DNA of 64,000 nucleotides from Epiperipatus broadwayi (GCA_028023455.1 JAQFVV010000006.1:18352001-18416000), one strand, 5' to 3'; numbered from the stretch's first letter, positions 41,137-54,960 are shown. Notes: a model not told the origin generated them from the letters alone. Numbers and translations: made by a program.

Positions 41137-42814
41137 TAATTTTTCATGTGCTATCTAGAGTTAATATCTTAAAATAATCACATATTTATAATGTCAGAGT
41201 ATAATTAATTTACGACATTGTACTATATTCTAGACCTAACTTGATTCATAACTAACACAGTATGGAGAGCCTTCTTTATCATGAGTTTTATTAACAAAGT
41301 CCATGCAATATTATATCTAAATTAATTTCACATTGTTTGGAATGGTGATTAGGATGGAAATTTGAACATTAGCTGAATTGATTTTTAGTTGAGGGAAATA
41401 CAAAATAAGAAAAATGGATTGTTTTTGCGAGTGAAATTGTTGGTCTCAGATTTTTATTTTAGTGCTTAAATATCACATTATCTTCAGCACTATTGGCAAA
41501 TATGGATCTTTATGTAAAGCTTTTCTATCCTTGCGTAAAATCCACATAAAAATTTGATTGCAAAATTTGAAAGCCATGAGTTTCCAGTGAGAAAGTTATT
41601 ATGTTCAAACTAAAAAAAAAAAAACAGCTTTAAAATATTGTTAATTGTTTACTCTAATATTAAAATTCTGTTATAAAATATTCGGTAATGAATGTTTTTA
41701 TATTGATAAAGGAAATTACATTAATTAAGAACTAAAAGTTTCTGAATCTATTTTCAACTGAATAATTAATATTAAAAATTAAATCTCAATTTTCTCAATT
41801 AAAATAGAATTATTTTACTTATTCTGCCATTTGGGAGCTTAAACATTATATGACTACAGATAACTAACCATTCAATTATATATGTTAAATTGTAAGTGCC
41901 AATAGTTAAATGTTCATTATATGTAAATTATATTATCCTGATTTTCATGCTTAAACACTCTAAATTGTATTACCTTGGCAATACTTTGCTGTATTGATTT
42001 GTTTGAATATGAAGGCTTTGGTAATAATTATATATATATATGATTTAGTGCTGTAAACAGAAGAAAAATGAAGTATTTATGGATTTTCAAAATATTATTT
42101 TACAATTTTTTTTTAATCATAACAAATGATTTAAGAACATGGAGTAAAATCATGATGTTAACATTTTAAAATCATGATAATATATCAAAGAGATGGTGTG
42201 AAGGAATGTTAATTAGCTATTTTGGATTAATTTCTATAAACTATTTTATTCTACAGAAAATTTTATTGTTACTTATTAATATTTTTAAGAAATTTGATTA
42301 TGTTTCAGGTAAAGTTGAGGATTTGCTATTTTAAGATTTGATTCATTGCTCTAAAACACAATCTAGATTCAAAGCATGCTCATTTTATATACTTCCAGGG
42401 TTTCTATCATGATTGCATTTTGCTATCTTATACTCATCATATTACACTGTTGATTGACCAAAAGAGGTATTAAATGTTTTATAAAGTGGCTATTTAACAT
42501 CTTCTAAAAAAAATAATCAATAAAACAATTGCTCAGAAGTTTTTTATTGTGTTATTATGAAAATTTTGTTTTAAATATAAAAATATTAAAAGTAAAGATA
42601 ATTGTAAGTTCAATGTCTGTACTAGTTTGGACAGCTTTTGCACCAGTGAAGACAATTGTATCATATTACAGCCATTTTTTGTTTTACAATCACTGATATT
42701 CATTTAATTTACCTTAATTAACCTTGGACTTTTACTATCTAGATAATAATAACTAGGTATTGAATGAAAGATCATTTTAAAATATACATATATATGTAGT
42801 ATCATAGAAAAGAA

Positions 42815-43010
42815 GATTATACATGAACAATTGAAGTCCTATTTGAATTCCAAAAAGTTGTAAAAAAACTTAAAAGAAATGTCATGTGGGATTGATGATT
42901 GATATAAAGAAGTTTATTGGAGTATCATTGACCAAAGAAATTTGTGGATTGAAGAAACTGGATTAAATTTAGGGCAACTGCAGTGGTTTGATAATAGCTA
43001 AATAGGCTGA
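42815..43010 (+). mobile_element. Heavily decayed RTE 3' fragment
   Basis: Resembles the RTE 3' end (EVLFEFQK..., WD.DI.KFIG, WIKF..., CAGTGG). Confidence 0.45.
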
Positions 43011-44980
43011 TTTTGTAGTATATGTAAAATATCTGTTTTATTGTAATGATGCTCAATTATTCCCATATTCTTAATTTTTTTATATATAAATTTTATTCAC
43101 CACTGGCCTTTTTCTAGTAACATTTATATATATAGTAATTTCCTCTTTGTATAAATAAAATCTTGATCTCTTATTTGTTAAAAATAGTATGGTTAAAAAA
43201 GAAAAATAATATTGAAAAAATATGCTTTATAGTTAATCATGTTTTTTTTTATATATGAAATAATATTAAATTTTAAATTGGAAAATAATTAGTATTATGA
43301 ACTTTGTAAAGAAAGGATTGGGGAGGTGGGTAGAAAACATTGCTAGTATTTTAAATTAATAAAACCAGAAGCCAAAACCTTTTGATTTATAATATTTATG
43401 TGATTACTATTATAAATTTTAAATATTTTTTGTTGTTGTTTAAGATTGAAAAAATATTTAAGAATATTTATTAATTACTTTTGTTACATGAGAAATTAAG
43501 AATATGAAGAATAATAAAGTAATCCATATCAATTTATTTTATGTTAATAGCTATTTATGTGAAGCATGTCAACAGGTAGAATGTTATATTCATTATAGTT
43601 AGTAATTATTAAGATACATTATCATATTTCTATATATATATTATTTATGGAGAGAGGGAATTTAAAATATGCATTCCCATTAACAGGATTTTTATATACC
43701 ATTATAATAAATAGTGCAATATATACACTTATATATTTTTTACTGTTCTATCTTTCATAACTATGATATAATTATGAATCTAGGTCTCAAAGTGCACAAG
43801 GTGGCAATTTTTTTTTTAATATCATTCATTAAAAAATATTTTTTTATATGATTTAAATGGAGAGGCTATTTGGATGCTCCATGCATATCAAATTCATCAA
43901 TATTAACCTGTGACATTATAGTGATTTACCCAATTCAGATTCATCATTATGGCATCATTTAAATAATTTCTAATTAGCCAATAGTTTTATGAATTTCTGA
44001 TTTCTATTTTTGGCATTTTTTAATAATTTTGAATGTCCTAATGATTTCACAACCTGTATCAATTATTCTTTGGCACTAATTAAAGTTTTTTAGAAATCCC
44101 AACGGTTTGTTGACTGCATCATTTAATATGTAGTGATCTGCTATGTGGAAGTAACCATGAAATTATTATAGAAAGATATTAATCATTAAATAAATAATCA
44201 TGCAAATAGTGACTATTAGCCATTTGTTATCTGAATTAAATTGTTAATATTTTATGTACAATAATAAGTTCAGGTTAGTATAAATCAAGAATAAATATTA
44301 TTAATATAATAGAATAAAATTATAAATATACAAATATCAATAATTCTATGATTACTCATAAGATTTGTACAACAAGGCTTATCAAAAAAAAAAAAAAGGT
44401 TGATACAACCTGTAAAAACCCTAAGCTCTCTTTGGACTGCACTGGATAATAATCACTTTTGCTGAAGATTTTCCATTGCCTTCTTTCTTGGGTCTTCTAT
44501 CCAGACAGCTAATTCGAATTAGAATTTTGAGGGATTTTATATTATCTGCTGCTACTATTCTCTGAAGTCACTAATTGATTTTTTAAAATTAATTTTGTAC
44601 TGCATTTCATAGTCTTTGGTTTTTATCTTATCTATAATTGAAATATATCTAATTTTGCAATTACTTGTTATTTGTTCTGTTAAAAAATTTTAATTTATTT
44701 CTCTTAGTAATTTTTAACTTAATTGATTTTAATTTGAACATTTTAACTTATATGTTTTATGAATGTTTATACATATCATTGGACTTATTCCTCTACACAC
44801 AATTCCATTTTAAAATCATTATTTTTTCATGGCTTTTAAACTGGTTGGAACATGACTCTATCATTAATCAAGCATCTAGAGATAATATTTTAATAGCACT
44901 CACATATGATTAATACAGATTTAAAGTGACGAATAAAAAACATTGACATGCTTTTAAACATAGCATAGAAAAATATGATA

Positions 44981-45659
44981 CTTATGAGGGTTCTGGTAAA
45001 CCAATATGGAGCCCATATTTTTGATAAATACATAGTTTTGAGGGTTTACAATTTACCGATGATAAGTTAGTTATTAAATTAAAACAAAATTAATAAATCA
45101 ATTGTTAAATTTTAAAAAAAGAAATAAATTCTGATAAATTTCAACAAGGATCTTTATTTCAATTTTTTTTTATACTTATAATGTGAGAAGTGACAAGATT
45201 CTCTTAACATTGTCATATTTTGGGTTTTTGTCAGTAGCTTTTTGGTAAATTGTGATAGTAATAAAAATTTGGGACCTTTCTATCACAGAACATGATGCAC
45301 TGGACTATTTCCAAGGATACAGGATTCTGCCCTCGTGAAAAGTGTGCATTAATAGTCGTGATATGGTTGCACATCGCCTATATTAAATAAAGTGAAAATA
45401 TTGTATTTATACATTTTTAAAATTTTTTTATTAATAAGTTAATCAAAAAAAAAAAAGAATATAAACTATAAATATTGTAATTAATTTTTTCACAATTTCT
45501 TTTTTAAAAATAACAGTAATAAAAAGTAAAATGAAAATATTAAATATGACTTTTTCTAGTAGGCATTTTTTTGTGAGCATTGGAGAGGGGGGGGGATAGG
45601 CAAAAGTAGATTTACCAAAAATACGGGCTGCCATCTTGGTTTACTGTATAACTCACAAG
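44981..45659. mobile_element. Uninterrupted 679-bp TA-flanked MITE (Tc1/mariner-type ends)
   Basis: TIRs CTTATGAG...ATATGGAGCCCATATTTTTGATAAAT and ATTTACCAAAAATACGGGCTGCCATCTTGG...CTCACAAG. TA at 44979-80 and 45660-61. Homologous to 18489-21746. Confidence 0.8.
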
Positions 45660-46351
45660 TACCAAAAATACTTTTAATAAGAATATTAAGTAAGTCAAAA
45701 TATAAATGCTACTATAGATAAGCATTTTAATTCATATAACTAAATATTTTAATTTGTAAGGTACCTTAGTCACATGGCAACCCTTAAATAGAGTTATAAA
45801 ATACTAATTTTATAAATAAATTTAAAAAAATTTGTTTTATAGCTAATTTCTATATTATTGTTTGACATATTTTGACCAAATATATGTATAAAATAATTAT
45901 GGATTATCCCCGATGATGGTTATTATGAATACATCAATTTTAGGTCGATATAAACAAAATACTCAATTCTGATTAGGAATAAAAACTTAGAAGACATTTA
46001 CTAAACAAGTGATAAAGTTATTAATAAATCTTTTTTTTCCTTCAATCAAATTGTGAATTATAATTTCCACATAAAATCAACCAATGCAAAAATTATGAAT
46101 ATTCAATTTTTACTAATATTATATAAAAGCTAAAAAACATTAAAAGTATAGATTTCTTAGATATATGTTTTAAAAACATCTTATTATAACAAAGTTAATT
46201 GCAATAAATTCTTGAAATTCAGTTTAAAAACATAGAAGCTGTCTCACCTAGAGAATTCTTATAGATGCAAATAATATGCTTTTATGCAGTTTGGGTCAAT
46301 GAATGCATGCATAATGAAAGCATTTCCTTTTAGCAAGTATTCTTGATTATA

Positions 46352-46564
46352 TATATTGTTTATAACACTCTATTCATATACACGTTAATGCAACAAATTT
46401 TCTTAAAAACTTCTTTATTTTTTTACAGTTTCGACTGTAAAGAAAATAAAGAAGTTTTTAAGAAAATTTGTTGCATTAACGTATATATGAATAGAGTGTT
46501 TTAAGCAATATATATGATTATATGAAGATATGCAAAGAAAGTGAAGGAGAAGAATAAGAGAATA
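46352..46564. mobile_element. PLE-like fold-back (same family as 54781-54991) with 14-bp TSD
   Basis: Arms 46348-46428 and 46435-46517 around the loop TTTCGA. Direct repeat TATTCTTGATTATA at 46338-46351 and 46565-46578. Only the CAGTC-GAAA-CTG-TA part of the HHR remains. Confidence 0.8.
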
Positions 46565-46825
46565 TATTCTTGATTATACTAGCTTCATTGACTATTTCAT
46601 TTCTTCTACTGGCTATTTTATTTATACATAGTTTTGTGTTACATATATTTCTCAGCATTCAAAGATGTATCTTTATATTTCTAAGCATTTCATGAGGAGA
46701 GTGACAAAATAGTTTTCTCTAGAATATGTAGATTGTAGTGATTAGCAATGTAGTATTAGGGTTTTTTAGATGCTGATAATACAGTACTTCATAATGCTAG
46801 TGAATGACATTAAGTTTTTTGTTAG

Positions 46826-47030
46826 TGCTTGTCTTATTTTAAGGTAGCAATTCCTTTTTAATAGACAGGCTTTTAATCTTCTCACTCTTCTAATTATTCA
46901 ACTGTTCATTTCATTGAAAAACCAACAATGGAACCCTCAAAAGCCCTTGGTGGTTTTAGTTGGAAGGGTGAGAAGATTAAAGTCTGTCCATTAAAGATTA
47001 AGGAATTGCTATCTTAATGTAAGTCAAGTA
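46826..47030. repeat. Fold-back inverted repeat (arms ~70 bp), no HHR recognised
   Basis: ...AAGGTAGCAATTCCTT..TAATAGACAGGCTTTTAATCTTCTCACTCTTCTAATTA pairs with TAGTTGGAAGGGTGAGAAGATTAAAGTCTGTCCATTAAAG..AAGGAATTGCTATCTT. Confidence 0.8.
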
Positions 47031-47309
47031 CTTATTTTATGTGTGGGAGATTATGATTTGGCCCAACTTATGAGTGCTGATTCTGCCTGAAGTATATATA
47101 TGGATGATCATCTATCTTTTTCACATGCATGTGGTCATTTGTGGGTTGTTTGATATGGAGTGGAGGACAAATATACATAAACTGAAAAATCCTGAGTTTA
47201 AATCCCATTTACTTATATAAGAAACATTTAGTACACTGAATGAATAGAGTAATGAAATCATTAAAATATATAATTTCTGGTCTAGATCAAACTTACACAA
47301 CTATGCACA

Positions 47310-47460
47310 TGGAGAGCGTACCAATAGCTCAAACAAGCTTTTATTTAATAAGTGCGGTATGAGAAAATATTTAAAATCTCTACCCAGAACACTCTCATCT
47401 CCAGACCAACTGGTTTCGAGCTTATGGCTCATGTCAGTGGAGAGCTAGAATATCTTAAAT
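47310..47460 (-). mobile_element. Solo PLE pLTR remnant (family of 3901-4289) with decayed HHR motif
   Basis: Minus strand reads CTCCA CTGACAT GAGC-cataa-GCTC GAAA CC-agtt-GG TC^TGGAG, with perfect stems and a damaged core. The tail TAAAAGCTTGTTTGAGCTATTGG matches ~4265-4290. Confidence 0.75.
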
Positions 47461-50400
47461 TTAAACTATTAAAGTGTTTTTGAATCTTAGGTTATAAAGT
47501 TGAATAGTATAAAAGAAGTGAAGGTAACTGCTATTCAACACTTCTTATTGATGAAAGCTGGTAGTCAAAAATTTGTCAGAGGATTTAGATGTGACATTAG
47601 TATCTATTTCTAATGGATTACTTTTGATCTATGGTAATAACAATAAATATGAATGTAATATCATTTGTTTGATGTGTATAAAATATAACAAAAATTATAT
47701 AAACAAAAATCAAAATACTTTGTATAAAATAAGAGAACTATAATAGTGACAAATAAGGTAATTTTATAATATATAGAATAAGGCAACTGAAATAATAATT
47801 AATATATAAATTAATAATAATAAATATAATTTAAAATGCTCAGTTTGGTGTCAAATGTCAATTTTGAAATTCCTAATATGTGTTCTTTCCAATTCTAAGT
47901 TTCATCATCGAAATTTTGTGTAAGGTTTTGAGGATTTAAAATCCTGGAATTATAATATTTAAGTGAAAAATACTTTTTGCACATAACTGTTGAGAGATGG
48001 TGATTTTACATAGTCATATGTTATCCTTTGTAGAAATTGTCATAATACTTTTCAGATAGAAAAGACAACAATGAAAGTTTTACTATTATGCACAAGTATT
48101 GTTGATGTGTCGTGTTGCTTATAATGTTGATGAGACAATCAGCTATCTTAATTCATGGCTTTCCATATGAAGATAGTGATAGAACCTTGGTAATAACTCT
48201 ATTTCTGTTTGAATAATTGTTGAGAATAGTATAACTTCATAGTTTCTATTTTAAATGGCCAGACTAACATTTTGTTCTATATTTGGGAATTAAAGCAGAA
48301 ACTTTTGCTCACCAGAAAAGTAGTTTGCTATGATTTCATCATCTTATTGCTATTGATAAGTCTAAATATTTTTATATTTTTCTTATCTTCATTCCCAACA
48401 ATGAAATTATTTATTTATTTAAATTTATGCTCTGTTTATTATATAAATGTACAAAAAAGCAGACCATTGCTTTAGCATGTTAATTATTTTTTTTCTAGTT
48501 TGTATGTTACTTTGTTATAAATACATATGCATGTATAATACAAACATTCACAAGAAGTTATCTTGACTTTAAGCTTCAGCTATAGTGGATTTTAGTCTTT
48601 TAAATTTAATCTAATATGATTGAAAGCATAATCAATTTTTTCATTAATGTTTATAGTTTTCTTGATAGTTAAAAAGTACCAGAAAGGAAAAACTTCTTAT
48701 GTGGTATTAAGCTAAAGTCTTTCTGAAAGCTGTGTGCTGACAAACAGCTTCGAAAAGGTCTTTCATATTTAAAATTCATTAGTTTCAAAGGAAATCGTTT
48801 ACATTTTAAATCAGCAAATCCTTAAAATATTTTTGTAATCATTGAATTCTATTCTATTCTTAATATTTAAATAAAGAGTTTTTCTGTGATGAATATCTGT
48901 GCTGTGTGGTTAATGAGAAATTAAAGTTTTTCTACATTAGTTATATAAATGTTAAATCGTAATGCATATATAAGTGAAATTATCTATAAATATTTTATTA
49001 CCATACTTTAAATTAGAAGTAAATATATAAACTGTTTAAAACAATGCTTTATTCTGAATACATTATATGATTAAGAGGTACAATATTTTAAATATATACA
49101 GTGGAACTGTGTTATCAGCCACATTTTGTTCCAAGCTTCTTCACAATCATTGCACATTGCATATAATTAATAATGTTTTGTTGAAAAACTTTAATTGCAA
49201 CAGAATATGTATTGTGTATTTTATATAATACTTTTCAGCATACACATATAACATAGAATACTTTTTTATAAGTGTAGTATACATATAAATTAAGATTATA
49301 GTATAAACAAAATTTAAAAAATAATAATGTAATTATAAATCAATGAAGCATGTTTAAATATATATATTCTGTATGTGTGTTCACTCATTTACATTCACTT
49401 TGATTAAAAAATAGAAGTAATAAAAAAATAGTGCATCTTATTTTTGTTTTTTAATTAAAGTGAATAGTGAAATTCTGATTTTCATCTCAATTAAATATGA
49501 TATGGGTAATATCCTTTTTCTGCAACATCTTTTTTTCCTTGAGAAATATGATAACTGTTTTGTTATCAACAGACTACATCCTCATTAGATGTTTTTAAGT
49601 TCATATTGTTACTGTTTGAAAACGTTTTATTTTGTAAAATACTGTTTATCACATTTGGAAATGATAATAAAATAATATGTAAAATATGTATATTTTCAAC
49701 ATAAACTGAGAAAATATTAATAAATATAATTGTATACTAGGTTCTGAAATTGAAAAATGATTGCTGATGTATGGCAAAATTTATTAAATTTATTTATTTT
49801 TTTTACATCTTGTATTTTTTATTTATATTATTTTTGCATAGCATATAAGAGATATAGTATACATTATTGTGGTTTTACTGTATTAATCAAGTGGATAAAA
49901 ATATATACAGTAAATAGCTAATGAATATATATAAAAAAATTACTTCATAGATAATATTATCATGAAGTTGCTTTTTATTTATTCTATTAAATTTAAATAT
50001 TTTAATTTTTTTATATATGTTAACGTTTAAACAATAAAAATAAAAGATGCAAAAACAAATAAATGTAATACAGTAACTTAGTTCCAAGATACATTACAGA
50101 TAACAATAGTTCATATATGTGAATTTTAAAACACTTATATTAATGTTTGTATATATTTATATGCATGATGACAATGCACATAACCTACATTTAAATATAC
50201 AGATGCATGTTATATATATATATATATATTGTAACCATATATTTTAGTATAAAATATAATAATTGATGTAACTGGTATAAAAATTTCTCTGTCTTCTTTT
50301 GGTGATTTGATTGGCTTGATTTGCACTTTGAACAGATTACTCTCTCATATTCAAAATAATTTATTAGAGAGAATTTGTAATATTTTGCCTTACTTGTTGT

Positions 50401-50639
50401 CTATATTATTTTAATAAATTTAAATTGCTTCTTTCCATATACTAATTCATATCAAAATGTTTAACTTTTTAAAAATTTTGACAACACATTAAATTTGGTA
50501 AAATATTATTAAAAATAATAATATTTTATATTTGTTTAAAATGGTCTTAAAAATTATTTCCATTGAATTAAAAAAAAAAACCATTTGTTCAACTAAATTT
50601 AATTATTAAAAATAAATACAGTAATTACGTATGCATTTC

Positions 50640-53600
50640 AATGTAAAAAAGAAAGGAGCGCGAATTTAAAAAAAAATCGTCTGATAGTGTTGCTTTTGGA
50701 AAAAAGAAAAGAAAATGGTAAAAGGCAAATGGTGTAAATATGATAAGCTTATTTTAAAATAGTTAACAAGTAAACGGATTACCACAAAGTTTTCTATAAA
50801 CGTAAAAATAACATAGTGGTATTTAATAATAAGATGAATTGCTAAATTTAAAAGTCTGTTCAAGTCGGCTAGCCAGGTGGATCAAATCGCCAGTAATAAT
50901 TTTCCAATATTACATTTGAAATATGTCGGAGCTTTCCAGTTTAAAAGCAGGATTAAGTGTAAGATTTTGGTATGTTTTAAAATATTTATTATTCTACAAT
51001 TTGGAAAAATTAAATAAGTATTTTAATTACAGAAGTTTTATAAATATGAAAATTTGCTTTTTAAAAAAAGAAGAAGTTTAAATTAAAGTAAAATGTTAAA
51101 GTTATTAACATAGTTTAATATTTCCGTTTATAATTTTAATAAAAAATATAGTATTGATTGATATTTAACTTTGCAATGCCAGTAATATATTCGCTAGTTA
51201 ATTTGTTTACCATTTGGATAATAAAAACAGTCTTCAAATAATTAATCAAAGCTATTTTCTAATTTTATCGTCAGTTTGGAATGATTAAATTAATTGCTAT
51301 AATTAGTATTCCTAGATTTAAGCATGGATAAATAAATATTAGCATGGATGTGATAAACTTGGAACAGTTTTAATAGAGAAATGTAGAAATTAATAACTTA
51401 TGAAAAAACATTTTCATTTAAACTCTGCGTGTCATGTTTTGGAATTGTTTCATATTTATGGAGCCACGTAAAATCGTTAATCTAATAGTGCTTATAATAA
51501 CTAATACAAATGGATAAAATTACATGTATGGAATTCAACTATAGTTGTAGCTATTACTTCGTATATTTATTGTTCGACACATCGTACATGGATTTCACGG
51601 ATCATATTTGTAGTTATAAAATGCTATACAATTTAATTTGTGATACACACACCTGCTAGAATTCATGTATTGAACTATAAAATGCTGTACATTTAATTTA
51701 TATCACACACACACCTGTTAGATTTTATGTATTTGATGAATAATGCATTACTTTAATTTTATCGTTATATGAACTTGCATGTGAAGTTCATAAGTTATAT
51801 TTTATTAAGTTTAAATTAATAGGGGTTGAATAAAATACTTATTCAAGAGAATAGTGCTTGCGAAAAAGCTTGAAAAGTACTAAATGAATTTATGAGATGT
51901 ATCAATTTTTATGAGGCATTTTGTGAGTCTTTCCAGATTTCTATTCCTATACTAATATTACTTATATTATATTACATATGTTTTATTTTAAGCAAGATAA
52001 GTTAGTACATTAGTTGTCCTGATTAGTGTAACATTTTATTATGCAAGAACCCACATTTGCTAAAATGTTAGTGTTTTCTGAATGGTCAGAATAACTGAGG
52101 AGGATGATTTTGCACTTTAATGTGAAGTAAATAGTAATGTTGTTTTATAATGTTAAAAGGCATTAATCTGTGCCGGTGGTTAATCTGCAGATTACTTAAT
52201 TGCCATTTTTTGTATTTTACACTCATTCCTGCGCTGGTGGTTAATCCGTGGAATTGTGTAATTATACTTATTGCTTTATGATGGTGTATAAATCCACAAA
52301 GCGTTTAGTGTTATTTAATTCCTATGTGTAGATGAATGCATCCACAGGAATATGGTTTTACTTCATAGATATAAGTTGGGCAAAGTATTTTAGTTATTCT
52401 GCTAAATCATCTTCTTCCATTTGTAAGTATAATTTATAAGTTAGATCATTAAATTGTAGCAGGACATTCTATTCAAGTTACCTCATAATAATTAACTGTT
52501 GGTTGATTATTATTTACCTGAATGTAAGTTTAAATTTTCACTTTATTTAATGATTGCATTATAGCTAAATCCTACAGATATAATATTATTTATTATATTA
52601 TTATAAGTTTACGGTATAGATTTATTGAATCTGGAAATGACATTAGATGTTTCATGAGTTGATGTTGAATTTAGTATAATTTCCTCAATACATTCATTAT
52701 ATCAAATTGAAATATAAGGTATGATTAGGTTTTTAAAAACTGTACCTATGATATGTTATTGAAGAAAGTCGATGGAATTATAATTTATTTATTTTATTTG
52801 TTTATTTATGTCTTTAATTATAACATTAGAATTAATTACTTATTATTCATAAATTTGTAAATAAACCTTGATTTATAATTAAACTTACTGTGCCGTTGCT
52901 ATTTGTCAACATGATATAAGAGTTGATAGAGCATACATTGAAGTACATACTATCGTCAACATGATATAAGAGTTTAGTGATATTTTGAGAAAATATTTGG
53001 ATGCTTTTCGTCTTTGGTAGTTTATGATGTGTAAGGTACAATAAAATCCCATTTACCTTTTCCATCATTTCAGCTTTGCGTAGTTGATTCTAGTATACAA
53101 TACAAATTGATTATTAAACCTGTAAACAGATTTACCAGATAATGACATGATTGAATATATTTACTTAACGTTTTAAATTGTCATTTGTCAGTATAATAAG
53201 AGTCTCAGTGATATAGTAAACTATAAAAAAAGAAACCAAGTATTTATGTTTATTTATTGCAAAGCTTTACCTGGACTAGTATTTGTATTAAAAATCATAT
53301 AGATGGTTTAAAATTTCATAATCTTATGTAGTTCCACAAATTATGCCATCTTGTACATGGTCGGCCATCGGGTCTCATACAATGAAAGTCGCAAATTAAG
53401 GTTTGAAAGATAATAACATTACATACTTATAATTTGTTTAATGTATTTTATCATACTACTATGATAGGTCTTCGCGGTACACCCTGGCTGCGATCAAATT
53501 AAATCATAAAAAGTTTATGTTATATCATTAGTTTGGTCTGTGGTAAGTTGCTCCAGATTTTGGTTGTGGTCTTTGGTGCACAATATAGATGGCATGATAT

Positions 53601-54310
53601 GCTTTTGGTTACAGCTCTTAATAGCTGACAATGTGCAGCGGGAATTGATCGGTAATCAAGGTTACAATTCTAAGCACACTTATGTTTTGGTGATATTATG
53701 TAGTTGGGACAACAATCGAACGGTTACAATATATATATATGTTGTTGTTATGCATAACATTCCTTGGAAACAAATGCCACAGATATGAAAAGATGCTACA
53801 TATTGTAACTTCACATTAATAATAAATTAGGTTTCCAATATATAATTATACAAGGAGCAGACATATGCACATATATTAGCTCTCTTAATCAAATATATTT
53901 TTATTTTTCAAAAAATATATTAAATGTAATTGCTTTTTTTTTCACTACAGTTGTCACTTAACGTAAGTTTTAGTAATATCAGATGGTAATGCATTATAAA
54001 TCTCTTTCCTAGCATTATGTAAACAGATGTCATGTGTAGTTAGTCTTCTAAGATATTATATGGAATCTGCTTGTGAAATATGGTAATTGTTATACTATTT
54101 AAATTCCAGTTTAAAAATGGCATTGTGGGTATGACTTCCGTTAATCTAACTTAAATACATCTTTGCTAACAATCAATTCTCATTGCCTGCAGTAAGTTGC
54201 CACAGCATACATTTTTCATTAGCTTTTATAAAACTATGATCAAATATTGTTCGTTGTCTTAATCATGAATAAAAAAATCAGTACAAAGTCTAACTACTTT
54301 TCGGTTCTCA
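50640..54310. promoter_or_regulatory. CpG-retaining island, putative unmethylated internal promoter or regulatory region
   Basis: By rough eye count, about 40 CpG in 3.7 kb versus about 25 in the preceding 9.6 kb. No recognisable TE relics inside. Contains an ATG plus donor signal at 50923-50975. Confidence 0.45.
51614..51735. repeat. Tandem duplication of a ~58-bp unit
   Basis: TATAAAATGCT(A/G)TACA.TTAATTT....ACACACACCTG.TAGA.TT.ATGTATT occurs twice. Confidence 0.8.
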
Positions 54311-54858
54311 AAGCAGCATGAATTAGAGTGATTCTCTTAATTTAGTCTTTCTATCATATAACATATTTTCATGATTGTAGCATAAATGTAACACTTTCAG
54401 AGATCATTCCCCATGTACTCAGCTTAATAATATATTTATTGAATACTTTTGTTACATTTATGAATTCTTTTAGTTTCTTCATTTTAAAGCATATTATTAA
54501 AGCATTATTTTTTTATTTTTTATTAAAGGCTTATTTGTAGACATGTTAATATTTTTTTTTTCAATTTTTTCAGATGCTTATAAAATTATAATTATCTACC
54601 AAAGAATGGCAAGTAATATTTTATTACAGGAATTATTAAATAGTTGAACTGATTATGAAGTTTGTCTTATCTGTTTTTGTTTCAAATAAATTGAATATAT
54701 GTATGGTTAAAGTGAAGATAATCTTCATTTGTCATAGTTATAAATAAATGTTTTAGATTTTCCATTATATTAAGTGATTATATATATATTGCTTATAGTA
54801 ACTTCTTTCATATACACTTTAATGCAAAACATTTTTAAAATAAAACTTCTTTATTTTT

Positions 54859-54893
54859 CTGACAGTTTCGACTGTCCAGCAGTCTTCATCAGA
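54859..54893 (-). ncRNA. Minimal type-I hammerhead ribozyme motif with intact core
   Basis: CT CTGATGA A GACTG-ctgga-CAGTC GAAA CTG TC^AG on the minus strand. Confidence 0.7.
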
Positions 54894-54924
54894 GCTTTCT
54901 CAACCTTCCTCTGCTTGGAGAAAG

Positions 54925-54960
54925 CTCTGATGAAGACTGCTAGGTAGTCGAAACTGTCAG
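54925..54960 (+). ncRNA. Minimal type-I hammerhead ribozyme motif with intact core
   Basis: CT CTGATGA A GACTGC-tag-GTAGTC GAAA CTG TC^AG. There is an extra A after A9, a 1-nt stem III loop, and stem I is only 2 bp. Confidence 0.7.

Noticed and set aside
44650-44830. Minus-strand ILKWNC as a LINE endonuclease start
   Set aside because: A single short motif with no further supporting residues.
48715-48765. Hairpin AAGCTGT...ACAGCTT followed by CGAAAAGGTC
   Set aside because: It resembles the 3' half of an HHR, but there is no CUGANGA core in register and stem III does not pair.
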